Below are positions 38,979-51,527 of a stretch of DNA of 64,000 bases, in pieces. The notes below the pieces were generated by a model. It worked only from the letters and a program-made list of their open reading frames with translations, did not search any database and was not told where the DNA came from. Numbering within the stretch: position 1 is the stretch's first letter; each line of letters opens with the position of its first letter. Position numbers and translations under genes: made by a program. The stretch is from Octopus bimaculoides. Lineage: Eukaryota. The stretch covers positions 79,904,578-79,968,577 of the forward strand of contig NC_068983.1 of the NCBI RefSeq assembly GCF_001194135.2, given 5' to 3'.

Positions 38979-40123
38979 TTCCTATTGTAAATTATAGAAT
39001 GTTATACTCTACAATGAAAAACAAAACATTTCTGTTTCAGTTTTACTCCAAAAGTTCATTCAATTTACAGATGATTATCTATTTGAAACAAACTTTTATT
39101 GAAATAAACAAGTATGCCATTTTCTATTTGAATAATTTGTCTCACCTTCATCCCATAGATAGCATTGTTACAAAGAACAATCAGCTAGTGATATACATAG
39201 TGTGGCTAATGCAACCACTCTGTCACATGGTTCCCCGCCCCCCAAGCATTATAACTATATTGAAATTTGATGAAGGAGAGTGGCAGCATTAAAATGAATC
39301 AGTCCATAAATGACTTCTATTTAGTCATCTATCATCTTCTGCTCCTCTCTGCTGCAGATCTGTGGCCAAGATGTCAAGGGTGGTACTACCCTATATGTGG
39401 CATTCCAGTAGAATGTCTTGAATTTTCTGATCTCAAAAATTTGTATATTTTGCTTGCTTCTGTGTGTTTCAGCTTTTGCTAATTATATATTTTAGATTAT
39501 ATGCTAGTGCAGACTTTTGTAACACAATTCTATTGACATCTATTTAACTTGTTAGAAAATAGATTTTAGTTTCTAATCTTCTTAATGCTAAAGAAATATC
39601 AGCTAAGTACTATCTCTCTGAGCTCTACTGGTTTCTGAATTGACTTCTTGGAATACATTATTTTCTGTAAAAGAGTCTCACAAATTGAAAAAAAAAAAAC
39701 TATCCTTAAACATTATTTATCATCAAATTATTACAGATATTTATTTTCGTTTCACGTCTGTTTTCAACGCTACCATACGTTGCACTTATTTTCTACTTGA
39801 GACGTTTTTATAAATTTTATAAGTACTTTTTTTTAATGGAACTGTTTTCTAAATACAAACCACTATCTTACAAAGTTCCCACACTATATAAAGACACTGT
39901 ATTATAATTTTTCTTGTGTTGATCAAAGTATAAAAATAATCTTGGACATTTAATAATAATTATTAAATAAAATATCTCTCAATCTTCTAGTCAAGTCTCC
40001 TACAAGAAAGACATCTCTGCAAGTTGACATTTATAATAAATAAAAAAGAAAAGGAAAAGAAATACCACATGCACACATGAATTTCCAGTTCTTTGGGTTT
40101 TTTTTATTCATCACATCTCTTCA

Positions 40124-40161
<38 letters not shown>

Positions 40162-42452
40162 TAGATAGATATAGTTAATAGTATTCTAAGAGAACAGTTC
40201 TCAGTCGCTCTAACAATGTAATGGGTGCATTAAATGCATAGTAGTTTATAGGTAACTAATAATAGATTACACTATTTGAATATATCTTTAGATGTACCCT
40301 ATATTATTACATAGATATGCTGAAGGTAAAGCTAAGGATCAAATATTTTTTTATGATAAATTTTTATTTGTTTTTCTTTTAATTATAGATTTTTTTAAAA
40401 GTACTTTACTTCTTAACGTCAATGTGCTCTTCTTTTATTAAAAGAATAAGAAGTGAAATGTGTCCTTGCAACAACCTGTTTTTACTTAAAACCAAAGCTC
40501 AGACCTATTATAACTAATTAATTGCTTCATATTTTTATAATGAAAATTTCTAGCAAAATCAAAGTGGTTCCATCTTGTTTAATAAACAATAACATTTCTT
40601 ATGTTATTGTTGACATCACAAAAGCATTCAATCATATCTAGTGAGGGAACCTCCAGCGTAAATTGTCCACTTATAAGGTTTAAATGTATTGCAATGTGTT
40701 ATAATAGGAGTTATCATCAATCCACTCTTTTAACTCTCATGTAACCCAAGGATTATTATATCGCCCACATACTGCAAATAATAAAGTCTTAACTCCTCCT
40801 TTTCTGACTAGCTAATAACAGTGTGTGTGTTCTTGTATGCATGCATGCATGTGTAAAATTGATGATTCACTCTCCAGCTACTCAAGGTTTCATGTGATAT
40901 GTCCGTTCAACCTTTATCTATATAAATATCAATAAACCTGAATGAGGGCATCATGCGAAACACCAACTAACTAGGCAATGAATCATTGACTTTATACATG
41001 TAACTCCAAATAAATTTATTGAGTGCTATTTGTTTTCATTTGCAGTACTAAGCACACATGCATATCCACACACACACACACACACATACTTTCCAATATG
41101 AACTGAGTTGTGTATGTGTATGCATTTTGTATTAGAGACTACTTAAGCTTATTCCTTGCATTTCAAATTCTCATTACTATAATGTATGGTATAAATGTGA
41201 ACAAGACTAAACCATTTTTCATATAAATATCTAATAATTTTATTTGCTTTTTGAAATCTCAATTGTTTGCCTCTGATAATTATATTTTCAACTAAAAACA
41301 TTGAAACTACTGGATTTGATTATAAATTCATCACAAGATAATTTCTATTTACTGTATTCCCTGTTTCATCATTATGAACAGTGGTTTACTATTTGCCATA
41401 TAATGAGTTACATGGCATCACCTTTTCAACTCTGTCAGTTCTCTCTTGAGCTACAAGTTTTTATATCATTCTATACTCCTTTGACCTACCTCTTCTGCTG
41501 TTGCATCAAATATCAATTTATAGCATTTCCATACTTAAATCTGTCTCAGTTACTCATCTATCATTTTGTTTCATTTCAGAGTGTGTTCTGTTCATTCTGA
41601 GTTTAATTGTATTTGTATTATGTCTTTGTATTTGTGCTTTTTGAAAACTAAAAAGAAAGATTCAGGATCATTATATAAAAAGTAAAGAAACAATTGATTA
41701 ATAACGATGCTTTCTATGGTTTTATTGTTAGTTAGTTATCAGAAAAAAAAAGTTTCATATAAGCAAGTTTCCAATCCTCTTCTAAATGACAAACATTTAC
41801 ATAGGCTTATATAAAATTAAAGGAAAGACTGTATCATACAAATATGCACCTAAGTAGTTGAACAACTAACAAAGAGTTAGATCTTGGTGCATTTACAGGG
41901 TGATAGGTTAGGTTATTGATTGTAGTAAACTATGTACTTCAGTGTCAATGACTACAGAATTAGAAGAATGTACTGGCTAGAATGTTTGTATATTGTACAG
42001 ACAGGATAGTAAGTTCTTAATTTGGGTCATATGATAATAGCTAGGATGGGAAGTAATAGTTAAATTATTTCAAAATACTTCATAAATATTGAAAACAAAG
42101 ACTTCATTTTCTTGCTTTTCCCATTGATAAAACGCCAATACTTTTAAACACTTGAGTTATTTTGATTGGAGAGAAATTGTAGCTGAATTGAATGTAAAAT
42201 TTAGGTAAGAACACTATCTCTTGATATTGATATCTAGACTGAAATAATCAATGTTTACCTATTGTTACAACTAGTTTTTATTGCTCATTTTTATGACCAG
42301 TATGTATTTTAAAACAACTAATATAATTAAAACTCTGCTAATAAAAGTTTTTGGGATTTACTTCTGTGACTGCAGAATGACTTATAGGAAAAGTATTATT
42401 TGAATAAAATATTTTATTCTTATCAATATCATATTTTAGAATTCGTTACCTA

Positions 42453-42489
<37 letters not shown>

Positions 42490-43814
42490 TTTCTGTATTT
42501 TAAAACAGACATGCATTTTTATTGAAAACCATACAGTGTTGTCATAGTTATTTTGTATCATTACTTGTGTAGCTTTTGTAATATGTATCATTAAAATTAT
42601 ATCCACACCATGACTATATAAATTCATGTTCAACAAAACAGATTGCAAAGAATTTTTTTTTTGCCTCTAGTGTATCTTGTTATTTGATTGATCACATCTG
42701 CATCATATTTTTATATCACACTATCTATTTATTGGAAGGTCTATCCAGCTTACATTAAGATAGATCCACAGGAATAATCAGATACCTAAGATAGAGAGAG
42801 GAGTAGGTTGGGGAGAGAGACAAAATCCTTGCACACGGTGATGGTATACCTCAGTATTTTCTAGAAAAATGAAGCATCTGTCTTGTCAGTCCGTGTCAAA
42901 CTTAATCATTTAATTGTAGGCATACCATCACATGGTTTCCATTTTTAAGATTACAGAATTTTAGATATATTTAGTTGCTACATTAATAGAACCATAACAA
43001 AAGATCTTTCAGTGGCTCAAGAATCTTCTTCATTGGCATAGTATTTTATTTTCATTGTAATTCAACAAATCTTGAAAATATTTCTTCATATTAGTATTAA
43101 ATTTTGTGCATGAACATATATATATTTATTTTAAAATATCCTGTTAATTCTAAATGTTTTTTTCTATTCCAGGTAAGTATAATACTTGAAGTCGAGTGAT
43201 TTATATTTCTAAATCAAGTTTGTGCTATTTGTGAGTATAACAATATTATATTAAATTTAATTTCTATTAAAGAATTAGTGAGTAGTTGTATGTTATCTGT
43301 TTCATATCTTTTCATTAGAAGAACTCATTTTTCTTACCATTTTTTTTTAATGTAGATAGCATAAAATAATGCAATTAATAAAACATTCAAATGAAAGTAA
43401 CCAAAAAACATTGTTTTTATCCAATACTTTAAAAATATAATTTGTAGTGTATCTGTATTTCAGTGAAATATATTTGTGATATTTTAATATCAAATAAATA
43501 GTGCTGTTCATAAATAGACTATTGCATTTCAAAATTATGAATATGCATTCATCATCATACTCATCATCATCATCAGTATTATAGCATCCACTTTCCAGCT
43601 AGGATGGGTCTCATTGTCTTATCTGAAAGACTCAATATTTTAAAATTTGACCTCACCACTTCTTTCCATGTTATCTTCCTTAACCACAAATTAGTGCTCT
43701 CATGAAAAGGAGATAGCAATTTTCACTCTGCACCCATCATCCATTTGCATTTTCTACCATGCAAATGTAGTCAACCCTCTTGCTTATATCATCTGATATG
43801 AGCCAACAAAGGAG

Positions 43815-44005
43815 ATGCTACTTGGTGATTCAAGCTCTTGAAAATAGCAGCCAAAATTCCTTCAAATTACACCTTGTCAAAGAGAAAGAAGTCATTGAAT
43901 AAGGCAGTCCTGGGTACACCATGTGTGAAAAGAAAATGGAATGGTTATGACTTGAATGTCTTTAATTAATTGTCTGCTGGATAAATCTGACCATGGGCTA
44001 CACAG
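43815..44005 (-). mobile_element. Family C repeat
   Basis: 'aaaatagcagccaaaattccttcaaattacacc...gaatgtcttt...catgggctacaca'. Confidence 0.6.
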
Positions 44006-44809
44006 CAATATCAGTTAATGTCATTAATACCCATAAACTTCCTTAGCTTGCTTGTGTTCCACCTTTCATGCAGATCAACATTGTACATTCGATAAATTAT
44101 ACTTCCTTAAAAACTTCCACAAAATTCCAAGCTTCATACGTTTTATGAATGCCTCATACTTCTAAATTACATCATTTTAATTTTCTAAGATTTATTTCTT
44201 TATTATTATTATTATTTTGGCTTAACATTGCTTAACATTGCTTTAGATTTTTATGATATATCTCAGTTTTTGTGTCCCTTTTTTATCCGTGTGATTCAAT
44301 CTTGTAATGCTTCTTTGATCAACCTCCACTTTAAGAAACAACTGTTATCTCCTCAATATGAGAATAGAATAGAACTAGTTGACAAATGTGGGGAAACTGA
44401 AAGGTCCAGTCCTCAGTTCCTTTCTATTCATCCATAGTCCAGAGAAGTTTAAGACCAGATGCCTGTCAAAACTGATATATATATATATAGTAAATAAATT
44501 TTAAAAAATGAAGAACAAACACAAGAAAAAAAAAACAACATGAGGACGTGGTACATGCAAAGTATTAGCAGACACTAAAGGAAGGAAAGGAAGGTGGTTT
44601 TACGCTTCAAGCAAAACTCTTCATCAGAAACAAGAGATGGTGGAAAGTCTAAGAGAAAAGGAAAACGGAGGAAAAAGAATTACCAACGATTCATGTGTAT
44701 TTTGGAGTACCTAATTTGTGGAATTCTTTCTACCATCAGATTACATTACCTTGTTCATTTGATATACACCATTTCTGCACCTTGATTGTGAATATATATA
44801 TATATATGA

Positions 44810-45760
44810 CTACATTCTTATTGTAGAATCTGTAGAAGAATGGGAAAATAAATTCCAGGTGAAGAAGTAAAACCTGAAATCAAAGATCCTCAGAGTTAAC
44901 TTAGAAAAGACCAAACTTTCTGAAAGTAAGAACATTGAGAATTTTATTTCCAACAGGAAAATAGCCTTGCTCAATATATTGCAAAGAGTAACATTGCACT
45001 GGGTATGTATACTGTATCCAGTGTAAGCAATGGACACACAAGAGACACTGTGAAATCACAGGCAGGATAACAGAGAAAGTAGACTTTATACACTGTAAAT
45101 GTGCAAGAGCAGTAAACGCTAAAAAAACATGAGAAATAGATTTTCTAAAATGCCTGGAACAATCCCTAGAGGTAATAGATAGCTTCTTTTAACTAAGCGA
45201 TCTAATTAGCATTGGTGGAAGTTCTGAAAGTATAGTAATTGGAGTAAAATTACACTGAAGCAAATTCAGAGAGGTATTAGCTTTGTTGGTAACAAAAGGT
45301 ATATCATTTAGAGCAAATCACAGGCTGTGTGATGCTTGTGTGTGAACTGCAATAGTACATGATAGTGAGACATGCATCCTGAATTCAGAGGACTTGCAAA
45401 GATTTGAAAGAAATGAAGTGTGCATGCTTTGCAGAATGTGTAATGTTCGAATGCATAAACAATGAAGTACGAACGGTGAAAGTAAAAGTGGCCATGAGAG
45501 AAATCAGATGTAGTGTGCAAGAGAGGAAACTGTATCAGTATGAGCATATAATACATATGGATGATGGCAGCTGTATATAAAGTGCCAATTACTTAATGTA
45601 GATGAAACCTGTAAAAGAGAGAGATTCAGAAAGACATGGTAGAAAATAATGGAAACTGATCTCACAGAGATGAGAAAAGGCTGAGATGACTGGCAATATG
45701 CAGTTCGCTTAAGAAAACCCTCATATTACAATGAAACTGAGGTACTAGAAGCAAAATGCA
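44810..45760 (+). mobile_element. Old 5'-truncated copy of the PHD-bearing RTE family
   Basis: Collinear with 58200-59010: 'agagttaacttagaaaagaccaaa', 'tgtaagcaatggacacacaagag', 'agaggtaatagatagcttc', 'gcaaattcagagag', 'gatttgaaagaaatgaag'. Many stops. Confidence 0.82.
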
Positions 45761-46144
45761 TATGCACACAACTGGTTCCCTCACCCAATTTGTGCCTTTC
45801 CTCTCTCATCTTCCTATAATTCATCCCTCCAACATTCTCCTAACTGCTACATTATTCTACAGATGTTATTAAATGAGAACAGATCTACATTTTTCATCCC
45901 ATTTTTGTGTTACCAGCTATCTCTCTCACTTCTCAGAACCCTTCCTTTTGACATTCATCCATCATTCTTAGCACCTTCTCATATATACCATTGACTACCT
46001 TCACCTTTTTTCCCAGTTACTACATTCACTACTATGTACTTCTGAATTCCTACCATAATACCTCTCTCATTCCCCCATACACTCTCACAACCTTTACCCA
46101 CCCACTCAGGCATCACCCTATGTCTGAGCCTTCCACTGTTTACT

Positions 46145-46145
<1 letters not shown>

Positions 46146-46178
<33 letters not shown>

Positions 46179-47190
46179 CATCATTATATGGAAACTCACA
46201 GCTTATTGTTCTGGGTGTGATGGAACGTGTCAGCTGTTCACAGACTGCAGACAAAGGTGACACTTATTTACTAGTCATGCTTCAAGAACCCTGCAAAAGA
46301 CTCTTGCAGTTCCAAGCAGTGATGATTTTTCTAGGTGTTCTACCTTCACATTTGCACCGATCCTTTTCAGCCATGTTGCTAGTTGAGTACTGATACTCCT
46401 AAGTGCACCAATTACTACTGGTATTGCATTTACTCTTTTCATTGGCCACAATCTTCGTATTTCCCACTTCAAATCATCGTAGTTGTTTTATTTTTTCTTC
46501 TTCTTTCACATTGATCCTGTTGTTACCGGGGCATGTTATGTCGATTATCATATATGGTCTTTCTTCTTTATTCACCTCAACAATGTCTGGTGATCACACT
46601 GGATCATTGCATCCCACAGGATTTTGCAATTCTCATTTTCGGTGACTCCTTCTGAAGTTTTCTCATACCATGTCCTTGCTCTTTGTAGGCTGTGATTTCC
46701 ACAGATCTCCTAATGGATCATTCTTGCCACATTGTCAGGACATCTTTTGTATTTGCATTGTGCCAATTTCAGGCATTCACTAACAATGTGCCATACCATT
46801 TCACCCCTCTCACCACACATTCTGCATTTGTCACTATCAGTAGTGTTGTCTATTCCACACTTCATATAATTAGTCCTTAATGCTTGTTCCTGAACTGCGC
46901 ATATGAATGCTTCTCTCTCTATCTTCAGGTCACTCTTTATCCATAGGCACCAGTCCTCTGTATCTGTCTTGACGTTCACATCTCTTGCAAACTGACTGTA
47001 CATTTCCTCTTCTTTCCATGCTTTTTCTTTTTTATTTGGTTCTTGTTTGAATTTTTCTTTATTTATGCAATTTTCAGTTTTGATGACACTGGCCTACTTT
47101 GTGTGTTTCAACAGTAGCTCCACAGCATTTTTTATATACCACCCTTGACTGTTTTCTTCTACTTCGATATAGTCATGACAACTTATCAAA
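46146..47190 (-). mobile_element. R4/Dong-type non-LTR retrotransposon 3' fragment (CCHC plus restriction-like endonuclease) ending in (TAA)n
   Basis: CRMCGERGEMVWHIVSEC..YKRCPDNV (CCHC, decayed RHD), ILWD..IQCD, PDIVEVNK..IIDITCP..KEEEK, LWPMKRVNAIPVVIGAL; stop at 46275; (TAA)n at 46146-46185. Confidence 0.88.
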
Positions 47191-47194
47191 GCCA

Positions 47195-47398
47195 TCAGAA
47201 TCATTAGCATGCTGGGCAAAATGCTTAGTGGTATTTCATCCATCTTTACATTCTGAGTTCAAATTCTGTTGAGGTCGACTTTGGAATTTCATCTCTTTGG
47301 GATGTCAATAAAATAAATACCAGTATAGTACTGGGGTTGATGTAATCAACTGTCTCCCTTCCCTACAAATTTTAGGCCTTGTGCCTTTAGTAGAAAGG

Positions 47399-47453
<55 letters not shown>
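47195..47453 (+). mobile_element. SINE family B with long (ATT)n tail
   Basis: 'agaatcattagcatgctgggcaaaatgcttagtgg...ggccttgtgcctttagtagaaagg(att)n'. Confidence 0.9.
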
Positions 47454-47454
<1 letters not shown>

Positions 47455-47640
47455 GCCACTCTTCATCCTCTCTCTACTGCAAGTCATCACTTCCTGTCCC
47501 CTGAACCACTTCTATTTGGGTCTATCTTTCTTTCTCATCGTTTTTCTCTTCCAGGTCATATTTGCCATCAACTTTTGTTCAACATGCACTACATTCATCC
47601 CTATCACATCTTTAAACATCATCCACTCTCTTTTATGCCC

Positions 47641-47815
47641 ATAGGTGTAGGCATGGCTGTAGAAGCAAGTGTGGCTGTATGATCAACAAGTTTGCTTCAC
47701 AACCACCTAGTTTTGAGTTCAGTCCCACTGTGTGGCACCTTGGTCAGATATCTCCTGTTATAGCTCAGGTAAACCAAAACCTTGAGTGAATTTTGTTGAT
47801 GGAAACTGAAAGTAG

Positions 47816-47877
<62 letters not shown>

Positions 47878-48100
47878 TCTGTGTCTACTTGTCTTGACAT
47901 CACATGATAACTGCAAATGAATGTAACTTTCATACAAGCAGTGCCATTCGTTTCCGTATTTCTCTGAAAGTATGTCTGGCCAAGGGAAAATAATATCTTG
48001 CTTGGAAGCAGGTGTGGGTTGGTGACAGAAAGAGCATGCTTCAATAAATGTGAGCATGGAAAAGTTGACATTAAAACAATGATAATGATGATGACAGTGA
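47641..48100 (+). mobile_element. SINE family A with internal (TG)n and RTE-like 3' tail
   Basis: Head and body as at 19423, (TG)n at 47818-47875, tail ending 'ggttggtgacagaaagagcat..agcatggaaaagttgacattaaaacaatgataatgatgat'. Confidence 0.85.
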
Positions 48101-48279
48101 TGCAAACTGAAGTTACTTATTTGTTTCAAAAATGATTTTATTTCTTGAGTTTTGGATATACAACCAAATCTTTTAATATTTCAATAATCACAATGTGACC
48201 ATTTGAAATACTTGGAATCTGTGTAGGATGTCTATTCACTTTATAACATTATACTACTTCTAAACTTGTAGGTTTATAG

Positions 48280-48366
48280 CAGTGGTTCCCAACCAGGGAT
48301 CTGTAGTCCCTTGGTGGTCCGCAAAAGTAGTACTGGGGGTCCGTGAACTAAATTTAGAATTTTATA

Positions 48367-48417
<51 letters not shown>

Positions 48418-48483
48418 GAGGATAAGCATATTAAAAGGGGGCTATAGGAAATCTAATTTGAATAAAACAGTTGGGAACAACTG
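48280..48483. mobile_element. hAT-type MITE with internal microsatellite
   Basis: TIRs CAGTGGTTCCCAAC and GTTGGGAACAACTG (1 mismatch); 8-bp TSD GTTTATAG (48272-48279) / GTTTACAG (48484-48491); 204 bp. Confidence 0.9.
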
Positions 48484-48609
48484 GTTTACAGGAATGCAGA
48501 ATTTATGTAGAAATTATTTTCCTTCTGATATTTATTTGAATGTATTAGTTAATTACTTACCCAATATAAAAATTAATTTTAATTAAAGTATAATCAAGTA
48601 AAACTATCA

Positions 48610-50302
48610 CCTCTGACACCGGACTCTATAACTCCTATGAAATTTACACTAGCAATGCTACAATGCCACCTTAAGAATATACATAACTATACCTCTCCTG
48701 GTCTTGATGGTGTTACATAATTACTTCTCAAACGTGGTGGGTACTTTCTTCTGAACCAACTTTCACTGTTCTTTCAATTCTGACTTGACAATGGTGTTAC
48801 TCCAGAGCTGTGGAAAGCTGCCAATGTTATCCCTCTGTTCAAAAAAGGTGACCGCACATCGCCTGTCAACTATCGCCCCGTCAGTCTTACTAGCTGCATC
48901 GTCAAACTGATGGAATCCTGTGTCAGAGAAACTCTCTGGAACTTCTGGAAGTCTTGCAGCCTCATCCAGCCATCACAATTTGGATTTATTCCTAACTCCA
49001 GCTGCTGTAATCAACTCATTGAGTTTCTTGAGGACATTACCCAAATCATTGATGGCGGCTCCCGGGTGGACGTTGTTTACCTGAACTTTGCCAAGGCTTT
49101 TAATTCTGTGCCAGACAAAAGACTTATGGTGAAACTCTCTGCAATGGGATGATCTTTATAACTGGTTGGAGTCCTTCATTATCGGCCCAAAAGAAGTTGT
49201 CACAGTTCTAGGACAGCACTCTTCACCCTATGAGATGACATCTGGTGTACCACGGGGAACTGTTCTTGGCCCCCTTTTATTTGTCGCATATATTAATGAT
49301 ATAGATGCCAATTTAAAGAATGCTACAGTGCTGAAATATGCAGATGACATCAAGCTGTACCTCAAAATAAAGAGAACAGATCCTGTACACTTTAGATCTT
49401 TATTACAATCAGACCTGGAAACAATGCAGCAATGGATCATGGATTGGTAACTCAAGCTGGCTGTGGACAAATGTACCACCATGCATTATGGGAGGAAAAA
49501 CCCAGCGTCTACTTACTCCTGCCACAACACTAGTCTCAAAAATTCTTCTTGTGAACATGACCTGGGCATTATTGTCGACAGCGATTTGCATTGGACAAAA
49601 CACATTGCTAAAATTGCCAAGAAGACTGAGGATGTCTTGGCATCACTTACCAAGTCCTTTATGAGCCGCTCTCCGGCTATCTATCTGAGGCTTTATATAG
49701 CCATGGTGCGGCCTCACCTGGAATTTGCATCACCGGCCTGAAACCCCTATCTTGCCCAGGATATTAATCGTCTGGAAGCCGTTCAGCAATGTGCAACCAG
49801 GAGAATACCCGCCATCAGGCATTTGCCATACTCTGAACGCCTTACTTCCCTGGGCATGGATACATTGAAACTCTGACATCTGGCAACTGACTTGGTAGAC
49901 ATCCATCAAATTATTAACCATCTTACTAACAATGACTGTGAGCACCTTTTCAAATTCCACCTGTCTAACATCCGTGGACATGTTTACAAAGTCAGAAAAC
50001 AGCACAGCTCCCATGACTTTCAGAAACATTTTCTTACACTAAGAGTTGCTGAAGTATGGAACAAACTCCTGGCATCAGTTGTTAGTTGTCGGAGCACTGC
50101 ATCCTTCAAAACTTCCACGCTTCCTGAGATTTGCCAACACTACACCTGATTTTCTCCCCTCCATACACACTCAAGCACGTATCTGACTCATATACTTTTC
50201 ACTTTCGAGGTATTTGTACATTACTGTATATGCTTTATACGCACTTTTGACAAGTTGTAGTGCACCTGAGCACTGTATACAATAATTTCATTATTATTAT
50301 TA
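48610..50302 (+). mobile_element. 5'-truncated CR1-clade LINE (RT domain, 3' UTR, (ATT)n tail)
   Basis: SPGLDG, WKAANVIPLFKKGDR..NYRPVSLTS, QFGF, VDVVYLNFAKAFNSVP, SGVPRGTVLGPLLF, YADDIKLY, HDLG, MVRPHLEFASPA, RGHVYK, RVAEVWNKL; stops and frameshifts; tail at about 50288-50302. Confidence 0.95.
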
Positions 50303-51239
50303 TAGACTAACATTTTTTCTTATTGTAATCTCTGGGTATTTAAATTTTTGAATAAATATTACTATTTTCCTGTTGCTGTTTTCTTCCTAAGAAGTTTCAT
50401 ATGTTGTTTTCTGTCAGACTATAAAAGTAAAACATATTTATGTAACTTTCAAGTAACGGTGTGTTATGTTAAAGTTGTTTCCAAACAAATTTCAGACATT
50501 TGCATAATGTTTGGTACAATTATTTTTTTCTTTTAATTACATTCATATTTTTATTGATAGGCTTTCAGCTGTAAAATCGTTTCCTATTTTTTACTTTTTA
50601 ATATAAAGACACTGAGGCAAATAGTTTTATGTTTTGCCAAGGAGGAAACTAGAATTATTATCAAATTATTAAGTAACTTGCATTTTATTCTTTTGACCTC
50701 CCTTTTTATTGACGAAAATTAGAACATACAAAATTTATTTAGCATTAGGCCTATTTATTTTTCATAGCAGTATGCATTGATGCATTAAATAATCGGTATG
50801 AGGAGCAAAAAACTGAAGCCTGAAGAAACTAGTGATGTTTTATTGCAGCAAAGAGAGAGAGAGAGAGAAGTTGATAAGATTTGTAAAATAATATGTTATT
50901 AAAGAGTGTAGGTTTATGTTCTGTGAGGTGAGGTGACCTCTGTCGGAGGCCCTTTTTGAAAAGAACCAGTGGAAAATTGCAATAAACTATATGCTTGAAG
51001 GAAGAGAGATCATTTTACTTCATATGTTTTATGACTGTTTTTTTTTTCCATACTAGTGTGGGTTAGATGAATATGCTATAGAAGCATTGCTTTACTGCTG
51101 CTGGATGCCATTTCTTACCTGTTTGTCAAGTAAGGAATCTCTTATTCTACATTGCATCAAAGACACAGAATGGGCCAATAAGCTATTGACAGAAGTGCCA
51201 ACAGCACAACTCAAATATTGTTAATTTTGAAAAAAGTGA

Positions 51240-51527
51240 ACATAGATGTAAACACATATACATGCATAAACACACATTTGCATATACTTACATATGTATG
51301 CACTCATATACACACTTGCGCATACACATACATGCATTGTGTTACATTATATTGTATACATTCATGTGACAAGCTTCTTTTCAACTTCTGTTAACCAAAT
51401 TTATTCACATAGTTTTAGTCAAGCTAGGGTTATATGAGAAGACACTTGCCTGTGGTGCCATGAAATGGGACTGAACTCAAAACCACAAAGATGGGAAGCA
51501 AATTTCTTAAACCACATGGCCATGTCT
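51240..51527 (-). mobile_element. SINE family A with decayed (CA/TA) linker
   Basis: 'agaagacacttgcctgtggtgcc..gggactgaactcaaaacc..gggaagcaaatttcttaaaccacatggccatg'. Confidence 0.75.

Noticed and set aside
39215-39245. E-box and GC-box-like motifs (GTCACATG, CCCCGCCC)
   Set aside because: Isolated short motifs with no CpG island or adjacent exon; they cannot support a promoter call.
50288-50302. Shared (ATT)n tail suggesting CR1 mobilises SINE B
   Set aside because: There is no visible similarity upstream of the tail between the CR1 3' UTR and SINE B; a simple-repeat tail alone is not enough.
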